This document shows, piece by piece, positions 18,385 to 26,947 of a stretch of 64,000 nt of DNA. Origin of the DNA: an uncultured Spirochaetaceae bacterium. GTDB lineage: Bacteria; Spirochaetota; Spirochaetia; SZUA-6; Fen-1364. The position numbers were made by a program, and so were the translations under genes. The notes under the pieces are model-generated. The model worked only from the letters and a program-made list of their open reading frames with translations. It did not search any database and was not told the origin of the DNA. Within the stretch, counting starts at the first letter, position 1. Each line of letters opens with the position of its first letter. The stretch is taken from the NCBI GenBank assembly GCA_964353885.1, contig CAYGXO010000063.1:14389-78388 (forward strand), given 5' to 3'.

Positions 18385-18798
18385 TCAGTCGGGCAGCTTG
18401 ACGCCGAAGGCATCGGCGCCGCCCTTCGGTCCTCCACGCTTCCTGCACAGCCACGCCGGCTCGGGGAGCTCGCACGTCGGCGCGTGCTGCTCCTCGCTCG
18501 CCATCTTCAGGAGCGCATCGAAGCTCTCGACGCCGATCGGGACGCCGGCGGCGATCTCGCGCATCTCCTGCGCCAGGATCTGCACCGCTTCGATGCTGCA
18601 GGCGTAGGCCGTGCTCGCCTTGCACTCTGCCTCCTCGCATCGCGCCGCGGCCGCGCGCGCCCTGTAGCTAGCCTCTTCTGCCTGCATGACCGCCCAGGTT
18701 GCATCGTCGAGCGCCCGCTTGGCGCGCTTGCGGAACTCCTTGGGGGACAGCTGGACGGTGACGGCCTTGCGGCCAAGATGGAAATGAAGAAAAGACAT
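18385..18798 (-). CDS. Hypothetical 137-aa helical, Cys-containing protein
   Basis: ORF collinear with the upstream RHH gene. No motif recognised. Confidence 0.5.
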   Translation of the reverse strand: MSFLHFHLGRKAVTVQLSPKEFRKRAKRALDDATWAVMQAEEASYRARAAAARCEEAECKASTAYACSIEAVQILAQEMREIAAGVPIGVESFDALLKMASEEQHAPTCELPEPAWLCRKRGGPKGGADAFGVKLPD

Positions 18799-18897
18799 GG
18801 TGCACCTCCCGTATTCGGTGCCGTCCGTGAAATGAGTACCGGGGAAACCGCCACGGTCGCGGCTTTCGGTGATCAGCCTATCCCCGGCAAGCCTATG

Positions 18898-19116
18898 CTA
18901 CTTCGGCTTGCCTTTCCTTTCAACCTCCTTTCGCCTCGTGCTGAGTTGTTTCTGATTCACCGGCCAGTCGCGAGAGTCCGTTGTCTTCCATGCTGATACG
19001 GCTTTCTCGCAAGCCACTGTCACTACATCTTTCAATGTGCCGCCTCCCCAGGCTGCGTACATCTTCAATCTGCGGAAAAGTTCATCGTCGAACCCCTCAA
19101 TGACAAGTCGCGCCAT
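18898..19116 (-). CDS. Ribbon-helix-helix (Arc/CopG-like) small protein
   Basis: MARLVIEGFDDELFRRLKMYAAWGGGTLKDVV is an RHH-type N-terminus. ATG at 19116 has SD GGAGGG. The track ORF extends to 19221. Confidence 0.55.
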   Translation of the reverse strand: MARLVIEGFDDELFRRLKMYAAWGGGTLKDVVTVACEKAVSAWKTTDSRDWPVNQKQLSTRRKEVERKGKPK

Positions 19117-19265
19117 TTGGATACCCTCCGATAGTGACAATATCGCATAGATCGAAGGTACTGTCAAGGGGTATTTCGGGGTCGACCAATGACACGGCAG
19201 GGCTCCCGCGGATCGCACCACGGCCCGCCAGCGTCACAGATTTTGGAGATTCGACGAGAAGGGGG

Positions 19266-19766
19266 TCAGGGAGCCGAGAGGAGCGCCTCCATCGGGTCGA
19301 CCTCGGGGGGCTTCGGAGGCTTCAGGTCGATGCGGTTTCGCGAGCTCAGAGTGAGACCGAACTCCACGGCATACTGCCGATAGACCGCCCAGGCCGACCG
19401 CATCACGGTCCACTCGGCCATCAGCCGGGGCGGACGGTCCTTGAGATAGGCCGCCAAGGTGCGGCGCCGCCCGCGGGGGCGGTAGATCGCGGCTCGGGCC
19501 TCCTCCGACATCTCGTAGGCCGAGCAAAGGATCTCGAGGGCAGGAAGATCGACGACCGAGAGCGAGGCGTGTTCCACGAGCTCCGCCGCGAGCCTGCCCC
19601 AGAGCTCCCGCCCGATCTTGCCGAGGCTCTTCGGGGCGGCGGGGACCGTCTCGACTTTCGTAGGCTCCGGCTCGTCCTCGGGATTGCGGTCGTGACGAAA
19701 GGTGCCGCGAATTATCTTTGACTGCCGAGGCACGCGCCTGCCGCTCATCCTAGTGCCCATTGCCAC
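19266..19766 (-). CDS. Phage terminase small subunit, P27 family
   Basis: N-terminal RGTFRHDRNP..., LWGRLAAEL, LEILCSAYEMSEEA and C-terminal AVEFGLTLSSRNRI match the P27 TerS pattern as I recall it. Confidence 0.8.
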   Translation of the reverse strand: MAMGTRMSGRRVPRQSKIIRGTFRHDRNPEDEPEPTKVETVPAAPKSLGKIGRELWGRLAAELVEHASLSVVDLPALEILCSAYEMSEEARAAIYRPRGRRRTLAAYLKDRPPRLMAEWTVMRSAWAVYRQYAVEFGLTLSSRNRIDLKPPKPPEVDPMEALLSAP

Positions 19767-19870
19767 TCCATTTTTCGAGTTTCATTCCTGACATCGCTCA
19801 TGCGAAGGTGACCCTCGCGGTCTATGCTCAGACCACCTCGATTTTGCCGGCCCCTTCCCTCGCCGGCCTC

Positions 19871-19909
19871 AAAAGTGCCCGGGGCGCATCGGAACCCGAG
19901 ACCCCGGGC
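19871..19909 (-). terminator. Candidate intrinsic terminator downstream of the 154-aa gene
   Basis: 8-bp GC stem GCCCGGGG/CCCCGGGC with a 17-nt loop, followed on the minus strand by ACUUUU. Confidence 0.4.
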
Positions 19910-19958
19910 ATGGAACCGTGAAACGAACCAGGCGCGTAGACGCATCGCGCCCGAATCC

Positions 19959-20423
19959 CTATGCGAGTGCGCTCACAGTGGGCGATCCTGCATAGCGAGC
20001 GCCCGAGAGAAGCACGACCACCGCGCCCAGTTGTGCGCCGGCTGATGTCAATTTGCAGCACATGAACGGATGGTCGGCGCGCAGCTCTGCGGCGTCCACC
20101 GATATCAGGTACATGGTGTCGGCCACGGTCGCGGATTCGCTGTTGAATGTCGCCGCATCCGTCTGCCGATCAAGCACGTCGCCGTTCGCATCAATCTCTT
20201 TGTAGAACTTGAAGGTGAGCGCGTGTTCTCCAGCGCCAGCCGCGTCCGTGCTCTCGAAGACGGTGACCGCACTCACGTTCACCGCGGCGCCCAAGGTGAC
20301 GAGGATGTCGGCGTGTGAGTAGTTTTTCATGCTCCAGTAGTCTGATGTTTTCCCGCCCGCGAGACTGATGGGCGCCAGGGCGTTGATCCAGTGGCCCTGC
20401 TCAGCTGATGCAAAACCTTTCAT
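19959..20423 (-). CDS. Hypothetical 154-aa protein immediately downstream of the capsid gene (possible head accessory/decoration protein)
   Basis: SD GGAG 9 nt upstream. Position and beta-rich composition only; no motif recognised. Confidence 0.45.
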   Translation of the reverse strand: MKGFASAEQGHWINALAPISLAGGKTSDYWSMKNYSHADILVTLGAAVNVSAVTVFESTDAAGAGEHALTFKFYKEIDANGDVLDRQTDAATFNSESATVADTMYLISVDAAELRADHPFMCCKLTSAGAQLGAVVVLLSGARYAGSPTVSALA

Positions 20424-20477
20424 TTTGATGCTCCAGAAAATAGGGGGAGAGTCGCCCCTCCCCCGCTAGTTGTGAAA

Positions 20478-21878
20478 CTAAGTCCTTGCCTCGAGCGTCA
20501 CGAACGGAGAAACCGTCCCTCCGTGTTCAAGGGTGATCGCCGCATCGAGCAGCGGCTGCCCGTCAACGCGAACCTTGCACCTCATGTCCACCTGGTCGGT
20601 GAGCCACGCGACAGCGTTGCTCTTCTCGAGGGTGAAGTCCTGGCGCAAGGCAATCGCGTACTGCGAGAGGTCGCAGAACATGATGTCGCCCTTGTCGCCG
20701 AGGAGCTGCGCGTGCTCGCTGAAGACCACGGGGCGGGTGAGAATCTTGAAGACCCCGCCGCTCTCGGTCATCACGGGCACGGGCGTCGAGGCCACACCGC
20801 CAATCTGCGAGAGGGAAAGGAGCTCGGGGACCGCGCTCGGGTTGACGATCCACACCGAGCCGGTCGGGTTGGAGCTCCTGCCGAACATGTCGCACAGGTT
20901 GCGGTACTCGATCGTATCCGCGTCCTGGCCGGCAGTCTTGTCAACCGTGATCAGAGCGGGGCTGGACATGATGCCAAGCGGTTTGCCCGCACCGTCGCCG
21001 TTCAAGAACGCCGCGTCCAGGTACCAGCCCAACGCGCGCGAGAGCATCGTGCCCAGCATGTTCACCCCGCCGTTGAGATCGTCGCTCAGCTCGGAGCTCG
21101 TGCGGAGGTACGTGATCAACTTGTTGACGGTGAGAGTCACCATCTTCAGCTTCGGGTCGGCCGGCGTTCCCGTTCCGCCTTCCGCGAGCCAGGTGCCGGT
21201 GATCCCTCCGTAGACGGTCGAGGTGTGCGTGCCGTTGTCCCAGGCGGGAATCGAGAGGCGATCGCTCCTCGGTCCCACGGGGAACACACGAGCGCGCGGC
21301 ATGACCACCATCTGTTCGAGCGCGTTGTCGAGCACCTCAGCGACCTTGGTCTCGCCGATGAAAAATCCTCCGCCGGATGGGACACTCTCGCCCATGGCGC
21401 GCCGCTCACCTTTGTCGAATATCGCGCGGAGCCGCGGGTCTCGCGATTCCACCGCGCGCTGCAGGGAGCGGAAGTCGGCGAAGTCGTCAGCCGCGGGAGG
21501 TCCGAAGAGGTCAGCTGCCCGACACTTCCCGGGGATGCCTCCGCGCTGCTCGCCGGCTGCGGTGTTGTAGCCCCCGCCGTCCACGTTCATGCGCGCGCCC
21601 TCGGGAGTGCCGGCCTTCGCGCGGATTCCGTCGATCGCCTTTTTCATCGCCTTGATCGAGCCGATGCTCTGCATCACCTGGTCGTTCTCGTTCGGGGTGA
21701 AGTCGCGATTCTCGGCGATCGCGGCCTTCTGCATCGCATCGATCTTCCCGTCGAGCGCGCGGATCTCGCTCTGCAGCTTCTCGATTTCGGGGAGGTCCTG
21801 CGCGCCCTTGATAAAGGTCCCGCCCTGCGAGCGCTCCTCTTGCACCGCCCGTGCGGCGGTTTCTGTTTTCGTACCCAT
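20478..21878 (-). CDS. HK97-family major capsid protein with coiled-coil N-terminal (delta/scaffold-like) region
   Basis: The track ORF is 601 aa, but ATG at 21878 (MGTKTETAARAV...) has SD GGAGAA. Body motifs: SVPSGGGFFIGE, RLSIPAWDNG, TLTVNKLITYLRTSSELSDD, AFLNGDGAGKPLGI. Confidence 0.85.
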   Translation of the reverse strand: MGTKTETAARAVQEERSQGGTFIKGAQDLPEIEKLQSEIRALDGKIDAMQKAAIAENRDFTPNENDQVMQSIGSIKAMKKAIDGIRAKAGTPEGARMNVDGGGYNTAAGEQRGGIPGKCRAADLFGPPAADDFADFRSLQRAVESRDPRLRAIFDKGERRAMGESVPSGGGFFIGETKVAEVLDNALEQMVVMPRARVFPVGPRSDRLSIPAWDNGTHTSTVYGGITGTWLAEGGTGTPADPKLKMVTLTVNKLITYLRTSSELSDDLNGGVNMLGTMLSRALGWYLDAAFLNGDGAGKPLGIMSSPALITVDKTAGQDADTIEYRNLCDMFGRSSNPTGSVWIVNPSAVPELLSLSQIGGVASTPVPVMTESGGVFKILTRPVVFSEHAQLLGDKGDIMFCDLSQYAIALRQDFTLEKSNAVAWLTDQVDMRCKVRVDGQPLLDAAITLEHGGTVSPFVTLEART

Positions 21879-22206
21879 GTCGTTCTCCAATTCTTCCGAT
21901 TTTCCGTCTCGCCTCGAAGTGGTAGCTCGGCAGTCGTGTCGGCAGGTGCCGCCGGGTCGCCGCCCGTTCTCGAAAGCGCCACGCGCGCGGCCGCGTTCAT
22001 CCCGTGAACCCGGAGGGTCGCAGTGCGCGCACGGTAACACAAGCCAGCTATGCTGGCGTCGATTCCAAAAACGGGGCAGGAAGTCGGGGTGGATAAAGCC
22101 CCGACCTCGTTGACCTGCCCCTCGGCCAACCGCGCCGGAAAGGAAAGCGACGCGGAAAGCTTCACCATTGTTCCCAGCCGTTCTCGAGGCTCTCGATATC
22201 GAGCCC

Positions 22207-22455
22207 CTAGTCTTTGGCGCCCTGGAGCGAGCTCGCGATCGCCGTGGTGGAGTGCCGCTCCTTGCGCCCGAATAGCATCTCAAGGCCGAGCGGCGACCAG
22301 CCAGGCGGCCACACGCGGGCCGCGGGGGGCGGGACTACGACAGGGATCGTGAGGATCCCGCCCGTGGAGGGCGCCACCTGCGCGCTCGACGGCGAGCTCG
22401 CCTGCGGATAGCGTCTCCCGCCCTGCTTGTTCCAGTGGAGAATGGTCGCGGTCAT
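22207..22455 (-). CDS. Small hypothetical ORF (82 aa)
   Basis: Its start overlaps the stop of the upstream micro-ORF (ATGA). Pro/Ser-rich; the coding status is uncertain. Confidence 0.3.
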   Translation of the reverse strand: MTATILHWNKQGGRRYPQASSPSSAQVAPSTGGILTIPVVVPPPAARVWPPGWSPLGLEMLFGRKERHSTTAIASSLQGAKD

Positions 22456-22583
22456 GGGGTGGGCTCCTCGGGGGGGAGGGCTGCGAGCATCAGCTCGATC
22501 AATTGCGCGATCTCATCTCGGTCGCGCTCCGAGAGGGCCACATCATCGTCGAACACGATATCATATCCAGGTGATACTATCAA
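22452..22583 (-). CDS. Possible 43-aa acidic micro-ORF (TTG start)
   Basis: TTG at 22583 overlaps the HNH-like gene stop (TTGA). Product: (M)IVSPGYDIVFDDDVALSERDRDEIAQLIELMLAALPPEEPTP. Confidence 0.25.
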   Translation of the reverse strand: MIVSPGYDIVFDDDVALSERDRDEIAQLIELMLAALPPEEPTP

Positions 22584-22906
22584 GGTGATACCTTCCCTTC
22601 CCCGTGCGTCACCTGTGCGGCCTGGTAGGTGTGGATCTCGCACCGCACCACGGGAACCCGCATCGCGAGCAGCTCCTCGCCCAGCGAGTAGGTCTGATGG
22701 CACAGGCCGCACAGGACGGTGAGGTCCTCGGGCAGCTCCTCGCCCAGGCGCTCGTAGCTTCGATGGTGGACCTCCAGCGGCACCCCTTCCCGCGGGCACA
22801 GCGCGCAGCGCCCGCCAGCTCGCGCGATCGCGGCGGCCCGGGTCTCGAGCCAGTGCGGGGAGGCGAGGTACTCGGCGTAGCTCATGTAGTCAAGGACCCT
22901 GGTCAT
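22580..22906 (-). CDS. HNH-like / Zn-ribbon phage protein
   Basis: SPHWLETRAAAIARAGGRCALCPREGVPLEVHHRSYERLGEELPEDLTVLCGLCHQ. TGATG junction with the upstream ATPase gene. Confidence 0.6.
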   Translation of the reverse strand: MTRVLDYMSYAEYLASPHWLETRAAAIARAGGRCALCPREGVPLEVHHRSYERLGEELPEDLTVLCGLCHQTYSLGEELLAMRVPVVRCEIHTYQAAQVTHGEGKVSP

Positions 22907-24144
22907 CAGAATATCTCCTCTGGGCGCTCGGGGGGCGGGGAGGCTGTCCCCTTTGCTGTCCCCTTTGCTGTCCCCTTTGCGTCCCCTTTGTCCCCATCGC
23001 CCTTCCCCTCCGTGTCGCGTTTGTCCCCCCTTTCTTTAGAAAGGGGACAATGCGACAGCGGGGAGGGGACAAGGGAGACGAAACCGCGGTCGAGGGTCAC
23101 GTGACCCTGTCCGACGAGGCTTGCCGAGACCTTGTAGAAGGTCTGCCGTATCATTCCGCGTTCCAGGCACGCCCTTCGCCAATCCTCTTGTGTGACTCGC
23201 GCGGCGTCCGGGTCCCTTCCGTCAGCCTCGATGTTCGCCCGGTAGCTGTCCAGTAGGGTCGCAAGAGCCTGTTGGGCCACCTGCTGCCACTTGCCGTGCC
23301 CGGCCTTCCCGGGCGTCTTCCGCGGCTCGTAGTCGGCAGGGACGAGCACCGCCGAGGTGATCGGTTCGCCCTCGTCGGTGCGGCCGATCTCTACCTGCTT
23401 CAGGCGGAAGGCTCGGGGCTCCGCGGGGACGCTGTCTTTGCTTTTCGTGCACTCCACACGGATCGTGCCGTCGGGGTCCACGTCCAGCCTATACTCCGTG
23501 TCCAGCGCGCCCTTCCAGGAGGAATGACCGCGAGAGCGTTCCTTTGCCGCGTGGCCGGGGTGATGGAGTACCAGCGCCGTACAGTGAAACCGCGCTCTCA
23601 GGCGGTCAACTCCCTTGATGAAAGCGCCCATGTCCGGGGCGCTGTTTTCGTCACCCGCTAGGCATCGAGCAAGCGTGTCAAGGACAAGGAGAGCGGGATC
23701 CCCATGCTCCTCGGCGAGCTCTTCGATCGACCTGATCACCTGATCAACAAGGTCCTCGTCGTTCATAGGGGCGGCGACGAGACTCACGAAAAGCGGCAGG
23801 TCCTCCAGCTTTATCGAGTGCTCCAGGCACCAGGCCAAGAGACGGCGCTTGAATCCGCGCTGCCCCTCCCCGACGATGAAGAAGACGGCCTGCCCTAGGG
23901 CGGCAGTCTTGCAGGCGATGTCGACCGCGAGGAATGTCTTCCCTGAGCCCGACTCACCGAACAGGGAAGCTAACGTGTCGCGCTCGAGCCAGCGGTCGGG
24001 GTCGATGTGCTCGGGATTTGTCGTCTCCAGGTCCGAGGCACGAATGAAGCGAAAGCCATAGGGCTTGCCGTTGCCCCCCTGGGCGGTGCTCAACTTCTCG
24101 CCGGCAATGCCGACGAGGGCGGCAGCTCGCTCTGTCTTATCCAT
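22906..24144 (-). CDS. RepA-like / AAA_25-type RecA-fold ATPase with C-terminal winged-helix-like domain (replication initiator-helicase candidate)
   Basis: Walker A GESGSGKTF, LLVLDTLARCLAGDENSAPDMGAF and ALVLHHPGHAAKERSRGHSSWKGALDTEY. The C-terminal tail KGDAKGTAKGTAKGTA is encoded by the iteron DNA. Confidence 0.75.
   Translation of the reverse strand: MDKTERAAALVGIAGEKLSTAQGGNGKPYGFRFIRASDLETTNPEHIDPDRWLERDTLASLFGESGSGKTFLAVDIACKTAALGQAVFFIVGEGQRGFKRRLLAWCLEHSIKLEDLPLFVSLVAAPMNDEDLVDQVIRSIEELAEEHGDPALLVLDTLARCLAGDENSAPDMGAFIKGVDRLRARFHCTALVLHHPGHAAKERSRGHSSWKGALDTEYRLDVDPDGTIRVECTKSKDSVPAEPRAFRLKQVEIGRTDEGEPITSAVLVPADYEPRKTPGKAGHGKWQQVAQQALATLLDSYRANIEADGRDPDAARVTQEDWRRACLERGMIRQTFYKVSASLVGQGHVTLDRGFVSLVPSPLSHCPLSKERGDKRDTEGKGDGDKGDAKGTAKGTAKGTASPPPERPEEIF
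22946..23072. repeat. Iteron-like array (candidate replication origin) in and just inside the 3' end of the RepA-like gene
   Basis: GTCCCCTTTG occurs 4 times at 11-12 bp spacing (22946, 22958, 22970, 22981). TTGTCCCC occurs at 22988 and 23021. A 9-bp inverted repeat CCCCTTTCT/AGAAAGGGG spans 23027-23046. Inverted GGGGACAA copies lie at 23043 and 23065. Confidence 0.6.
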
Positions 24145-24511
24145 GAGCTGCCTCCTTCCCCATCCGGCCTAGCAGTTGTAGAAGGCGGTGCTGGACCTGC
24201 CAGCGGGTCTCGCGCTCGCCCGTCTCCTCCCGAACGAGCCACAGCGCCGCCATCAGCTCGCTGTCGTCGCTGAGTGATTCGGCGATATATTCGAGGGTGA
24301 AGATAACCTCGACGGCCGGCTTCTCGATGAGACCGTGGTCGAGGTAGCAAAGGTCGGCTGCAGCGAAGTACTGCAGGTAGTCGATGAAAACAGCCAGGCG
24401 TTCGCGGAGGGGACGCTCGCGCCTGTAGTAGGCTTCCCACTCAGGGAGAGTCCGCGGGCGATCCCATTCTTCGAGCACCTTGTTGCGGGGTAGATCGGGG
24501 ACGGGCCTCAT
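24137..24511 (-). CDS. Hypothetical 124-aa protein
   Basis: ATGA overlap with xis upstream and an 8-nt overlap with the ATPase gene downstream. Confidence 0.5.
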   Translation of the reverse strand: MRPVPDLPRNKVLEEWDRPRTLPEWEAYYRRERPLRERLAVFIDYLQYFAAADLCYLDHGLIEKPAVEVIFTLEYIAESLSDDSELMAALWLVREETGERETRWQVQHRLLQLLGRMGKEAAHG

Positions 24512-24738
24512 CGCCGCACCTTCGCCCGGATGTGGGGCGGCGCCTGGCGCACGGGTGAGCCGGTCGTGTCGGTACGAGCTGCTACGAATGCTTCGAGGGA
24601 ATTGCGGGGGACAAGGACGCGGCCGCCGAGTCGGGCTACGGCGATTTCACCGCTGCGGATCCATCGGTGGAGAGTCCGCTCGCCGATTGAAAGGGCGATC
24701 GCGGCCTCGGAGATCGAGAAGCAGATACGTTCGGGCAT
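24508..24738 (-). CDS. Excisionase-family HTH DNA-binding protein
   Basis: FSISEAAIALSIGERTLHRWIRSGEIAVARLGGRVLVPRNSLEAFV. Confidence 0.75.
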   Translation of the reverse strand: MPERICFSISEAAIALSIGERTLHRWIRSGEIAVARLGGRVLVPRNSLEAFVAARTDTTGSPVRQAPPHIRAKVRR

Positions 24739-24916
24739 CGAGCCCCTCGCTTACGGGCCAGGCATCCCGTTTGTCCTCCTCCTGTGTTTCCTATGGATCG
24801 AGAAGCCTCTGCCTCGGCCACTCCCAGCCTCGGATTCGCCAGGTCATGCTTTGACGACTCTCGCATTCCAAGGACCCCATCCGCGCCGTCGCCTGAAGCG
24901 CGGAGGGGACCCACTG

Positions 24917-25618
24917 CTAGTTGCTTCCTACTCGCATTCGCCCGGCCACGACCGGGATCCTTGTCGCCTCGGCGTACTCAGAGAAGGCCACGCGGGCCTT
25001 CGTTTTGTCCCCGGCGGCCAGGGCCTTCTTCACCTGCTCCGCCTTCGCGATGACGCGATTCCAAACGTCCTGCAGCGGGAGGAACTCGACGGCGGCCATC
25101 AAGGTTTCTTGCAGGCTCCCGCCCCATGAGCGGCAGAGCTCGGCGAGACGATCGGTGTCGCTCGCGCCGAGCAGCTCCTCGATCACCCTCTTCGCTTCCG
25201 CCTCGCGCTCCTCATCGCTCTGCGCGAAGTCTATGCCGTCCAGGGTCCTCGGCAGCGCAGCCAGGTCCGCCATCGTCACGGTGTCCTTCGCGGGGGCATA
25301 TTCTGCCAAGGCCTTGTACACAGTGTCGAAGGTCGACGCGTCAATTTTGCCATCAGAGCGCAGTTTGCCGAACAGGGACGCCAGCCGCGTCATCGTCGCA
25401 TCCCGCCGCTGTACCATCGCCGAGACAGCACCGATTGCGAGCTGAGCGCGGAGGCGAGCCCGCTCTTCTTTCGTGCGCTGTATTTTTGTGGGAAACGCCA
25501 CGATCGCGGACGCGATGATCTCATTGACCGACATGCCGAAACTCGACGCGAGAATTCTGACATGCTCGCGGACTTCCGGCGTGAGAGAAAGTCCCAGGTT
25601 TTCTTTTCTTTCTTTCAT
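24917..25618 (-). CDS. RHH-like N-terminal domain protein (233 aa), candidate element regulator
   Basis: LGLSLTPEVREHVRILASSFGMSVNEIIASAIV is RHH-like. It lies next to int and has its own near-consensus promoter. Confidence 0.5.
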   Translation of the reverse strand: MKERKENLGLSLTPEVREHVRILASSFGMSVNEIIASAIVAFPTKIQRTKEERARLRAQLAIGAVSAMVQRRDATMTRLASLFGKLRSDGKIDASTFDTVYKALAEYAPAKDTVTMADLAALPRTLDGIDFAQSDEEREAEAKRVIEELLGASDTDRLAELCRSWGGSLQETLMAAVEFLPLQDVWNRVIAKAEQVKKALAAGDKTKARVAFSEYAEATRIPVVAGRMRVGSN

Positions 25619-25628
25619 AGCAGGTAGG

Positions 25629-25657
25629 AATATATCAGAGAAATATTATTAAGTCAA
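25629..25657 (-). promoter_or_regulatory. Near-consensus sigma70 promoter giving a (near-)leaderless transcript of the 233-aa gene
   Basis: Minus strand reads TTGACT-17 nt-TATATT, then only 10 nt (cctacctgct) before ATG at 25618, with no SD. The spacer is AT-rich. Confidence 0.55.
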
Positions 25658-25674
25658 GCCCCTCCGGAAAGATT

Positions 25675-26865
25675 TTATTTGGTAGCTTTCTGTATCCCCG
25701 CGGCGAGCTCCTCTTGGATCGCGGCCACGTCTTTGAAGTCCTCGGCCCGCCACGCGCTGTAGTGTTCTGTCATCTCCTCAGAGTCGTGGCGCGTGATCTC
25801 TCGCACCTTCTCCCCTGTGACACCGCGCCCGCGAAGCGTCGTATTCAGCCAGTAACGCCAGCCATGGAAGGTGACATTTCGACGCGCTCGCTCCTCCTCT
25901 GTGATCCCGATCTCCGCGATGGCAGCCTTCAAAGCATCGTTGACGCGGGAGGCCTCGCAAGGCTTTCGTCCCCGGTTGTAGGAGAAGATGTAGCCGTCCC
26001 AGGTGCACCATGCGTCGATAGTGCGAAAGACGAATCCAGGAATCGGAACATCATCGACGCGCTTTGTCTTCGTCGGCCCTTTGCCGTAGCGGCGCCCCCA
26101 GGACCCGCCGACGTGGATATGATCGGGGAAAAGATCCCCGCGCGTCAGGGCGAGGACTTCCCCCAGCCTGCAGGCCGTGAAGGCCGAGAGAAGACTCGCA
26201 CAGTAGTACAGCATGTTGCCGGCCCAAACAGTGGCCACGGTTGCGGGATTGAGAAGGGCCCGGGCCTCTTCCGTGGACAAGATCCCTTTCCGCCTCGAAT
26301 TCGGCTTGAATGCTTCGACACGGTCCCAGGGATTGCGCTCGATCTTGCCCAGGCGCTCGGCCTCGGCGAGCATGATGCGTTCGACGCTCACCTTGTTCAG
26401 GATGCTTTTGTCCGAGAGGCCCTGCTCCTCCAGGCTGGTGAGGAGGTCCTCACAGTCGCCCGTGGTGATGCGATCGAGCGGCTTCGCGCCATGCGCCGGG
26501 AGGATGTACGTGTGAAGATCCCGCAGCGCATCGTCAGCATAGCGCTGAGAGACCGCGGGCTTGGCTTTGTCGCGGCGCAGTCGACGGTGAATGTACTTGC
26601 ACTCATCCCAGACCCACCACTTCTCAGACTCCGCCCACTCGCGGAGCGTGGGGATGCGCCCGCGCTCGATGATCGCGGCTGGAATGAGCTTCCCGTCCTT
26701 CAGGAGCTTGTTGCAGTGCTTCTCGGCTTTCGTCTTCAGGGTGCACCCGGTGCTGCAGCCCGGGGTGCGCCTGCCGTCCTCGGTGTACGTGCGGTAGTAC
26801 CAGACCATGCGGCCATCGCGGAGCTGGCGCCTGTAGAGTGTGAAGTCCTTTTTGATTCTGCCCAT
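25675..26865 (-). CDS. Tyrosine integrase (tRNA-Asp-associated)
   Basis: ACRLGEVLAL...HGWRYWLNTTL...ITRHDSEEMTEHYSAW. ATG at 26865 (MGRIKKDFTLYRR...) has SD GGGAGGG; the track start is 26898. The N-terminus is paralogous to the element 1 integrase. Confidence 0.85.
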   Translation of the reverse strand: MGRIKKDFTLYRRQLRDGRMVWYYRTYTEDGRRTPGCSTGCTLKTKAEKHCNKLLKDGKLIPAAIIERGRIPTLREWAESEKWWVWDECKYIHRRLRRDKAKPAVSQRYADDALRDLHTYILPAHGAKPLDRITTGDCEDLLTSLEEQGLSDKSILNKVSVERIMLAEAERLGKIERNPWDRVEAFKPNSRRKGILSTEEARALLNPATVATVWAGNMLYYCASLLSAFTACRLGEVLALTRGDLFPDHIHVGGSWGRRYGKGPTKTKRVDDVPIPGFVFRTIDAWCTWDGYIFSYNRGRKPCEASRVNDALKAAIAEIGITEEERARRNVTFHGWRYWLNTTLRGRGVTGEKVREITRHDSEEMTEHYSAWRAEDFKDVAAIQEELAAGIQKATK

Positions 26866-26947
26866 GGATCCCTCCCGGAGACCGAATAGAGTGTACACTA
26901 TTGGCTACCGGGAGGGAAGTAGCTCAGAAAAGCCCGCAAAACACGGC

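Noticed and set aside
17453-18607. 384-aa plus-strand ORF spanning the integrase start, tRNA-Pro and the att repeat
   Set aside because: It runs through a tRNA gene and a terminator and is antisense to real genes, so it is spurious.
20472-22007. 511-aa plus-strand ORF opposite the capsid gene
   Set aside because: The minus-strand frame carries clear HK97 MCP motifs. The plus frame is a shadow ORF.
22946-22995. Short regularly spaced repeats (also at 55426-55533) as a possible CRISPR array
   Set aside because: The period is only 11-12 bp with no unique spacers, and both sets lie inside coding sequence. They are better explained as iterons and as a peptide-repeat tract, respectively.
25714-26889. 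391-aa plus-strand ORF opposite the tRNA-Asp integrase
   Set aside because: The integrase catalytic motifs are on the minus strand. The plus frame has no recognisable features.
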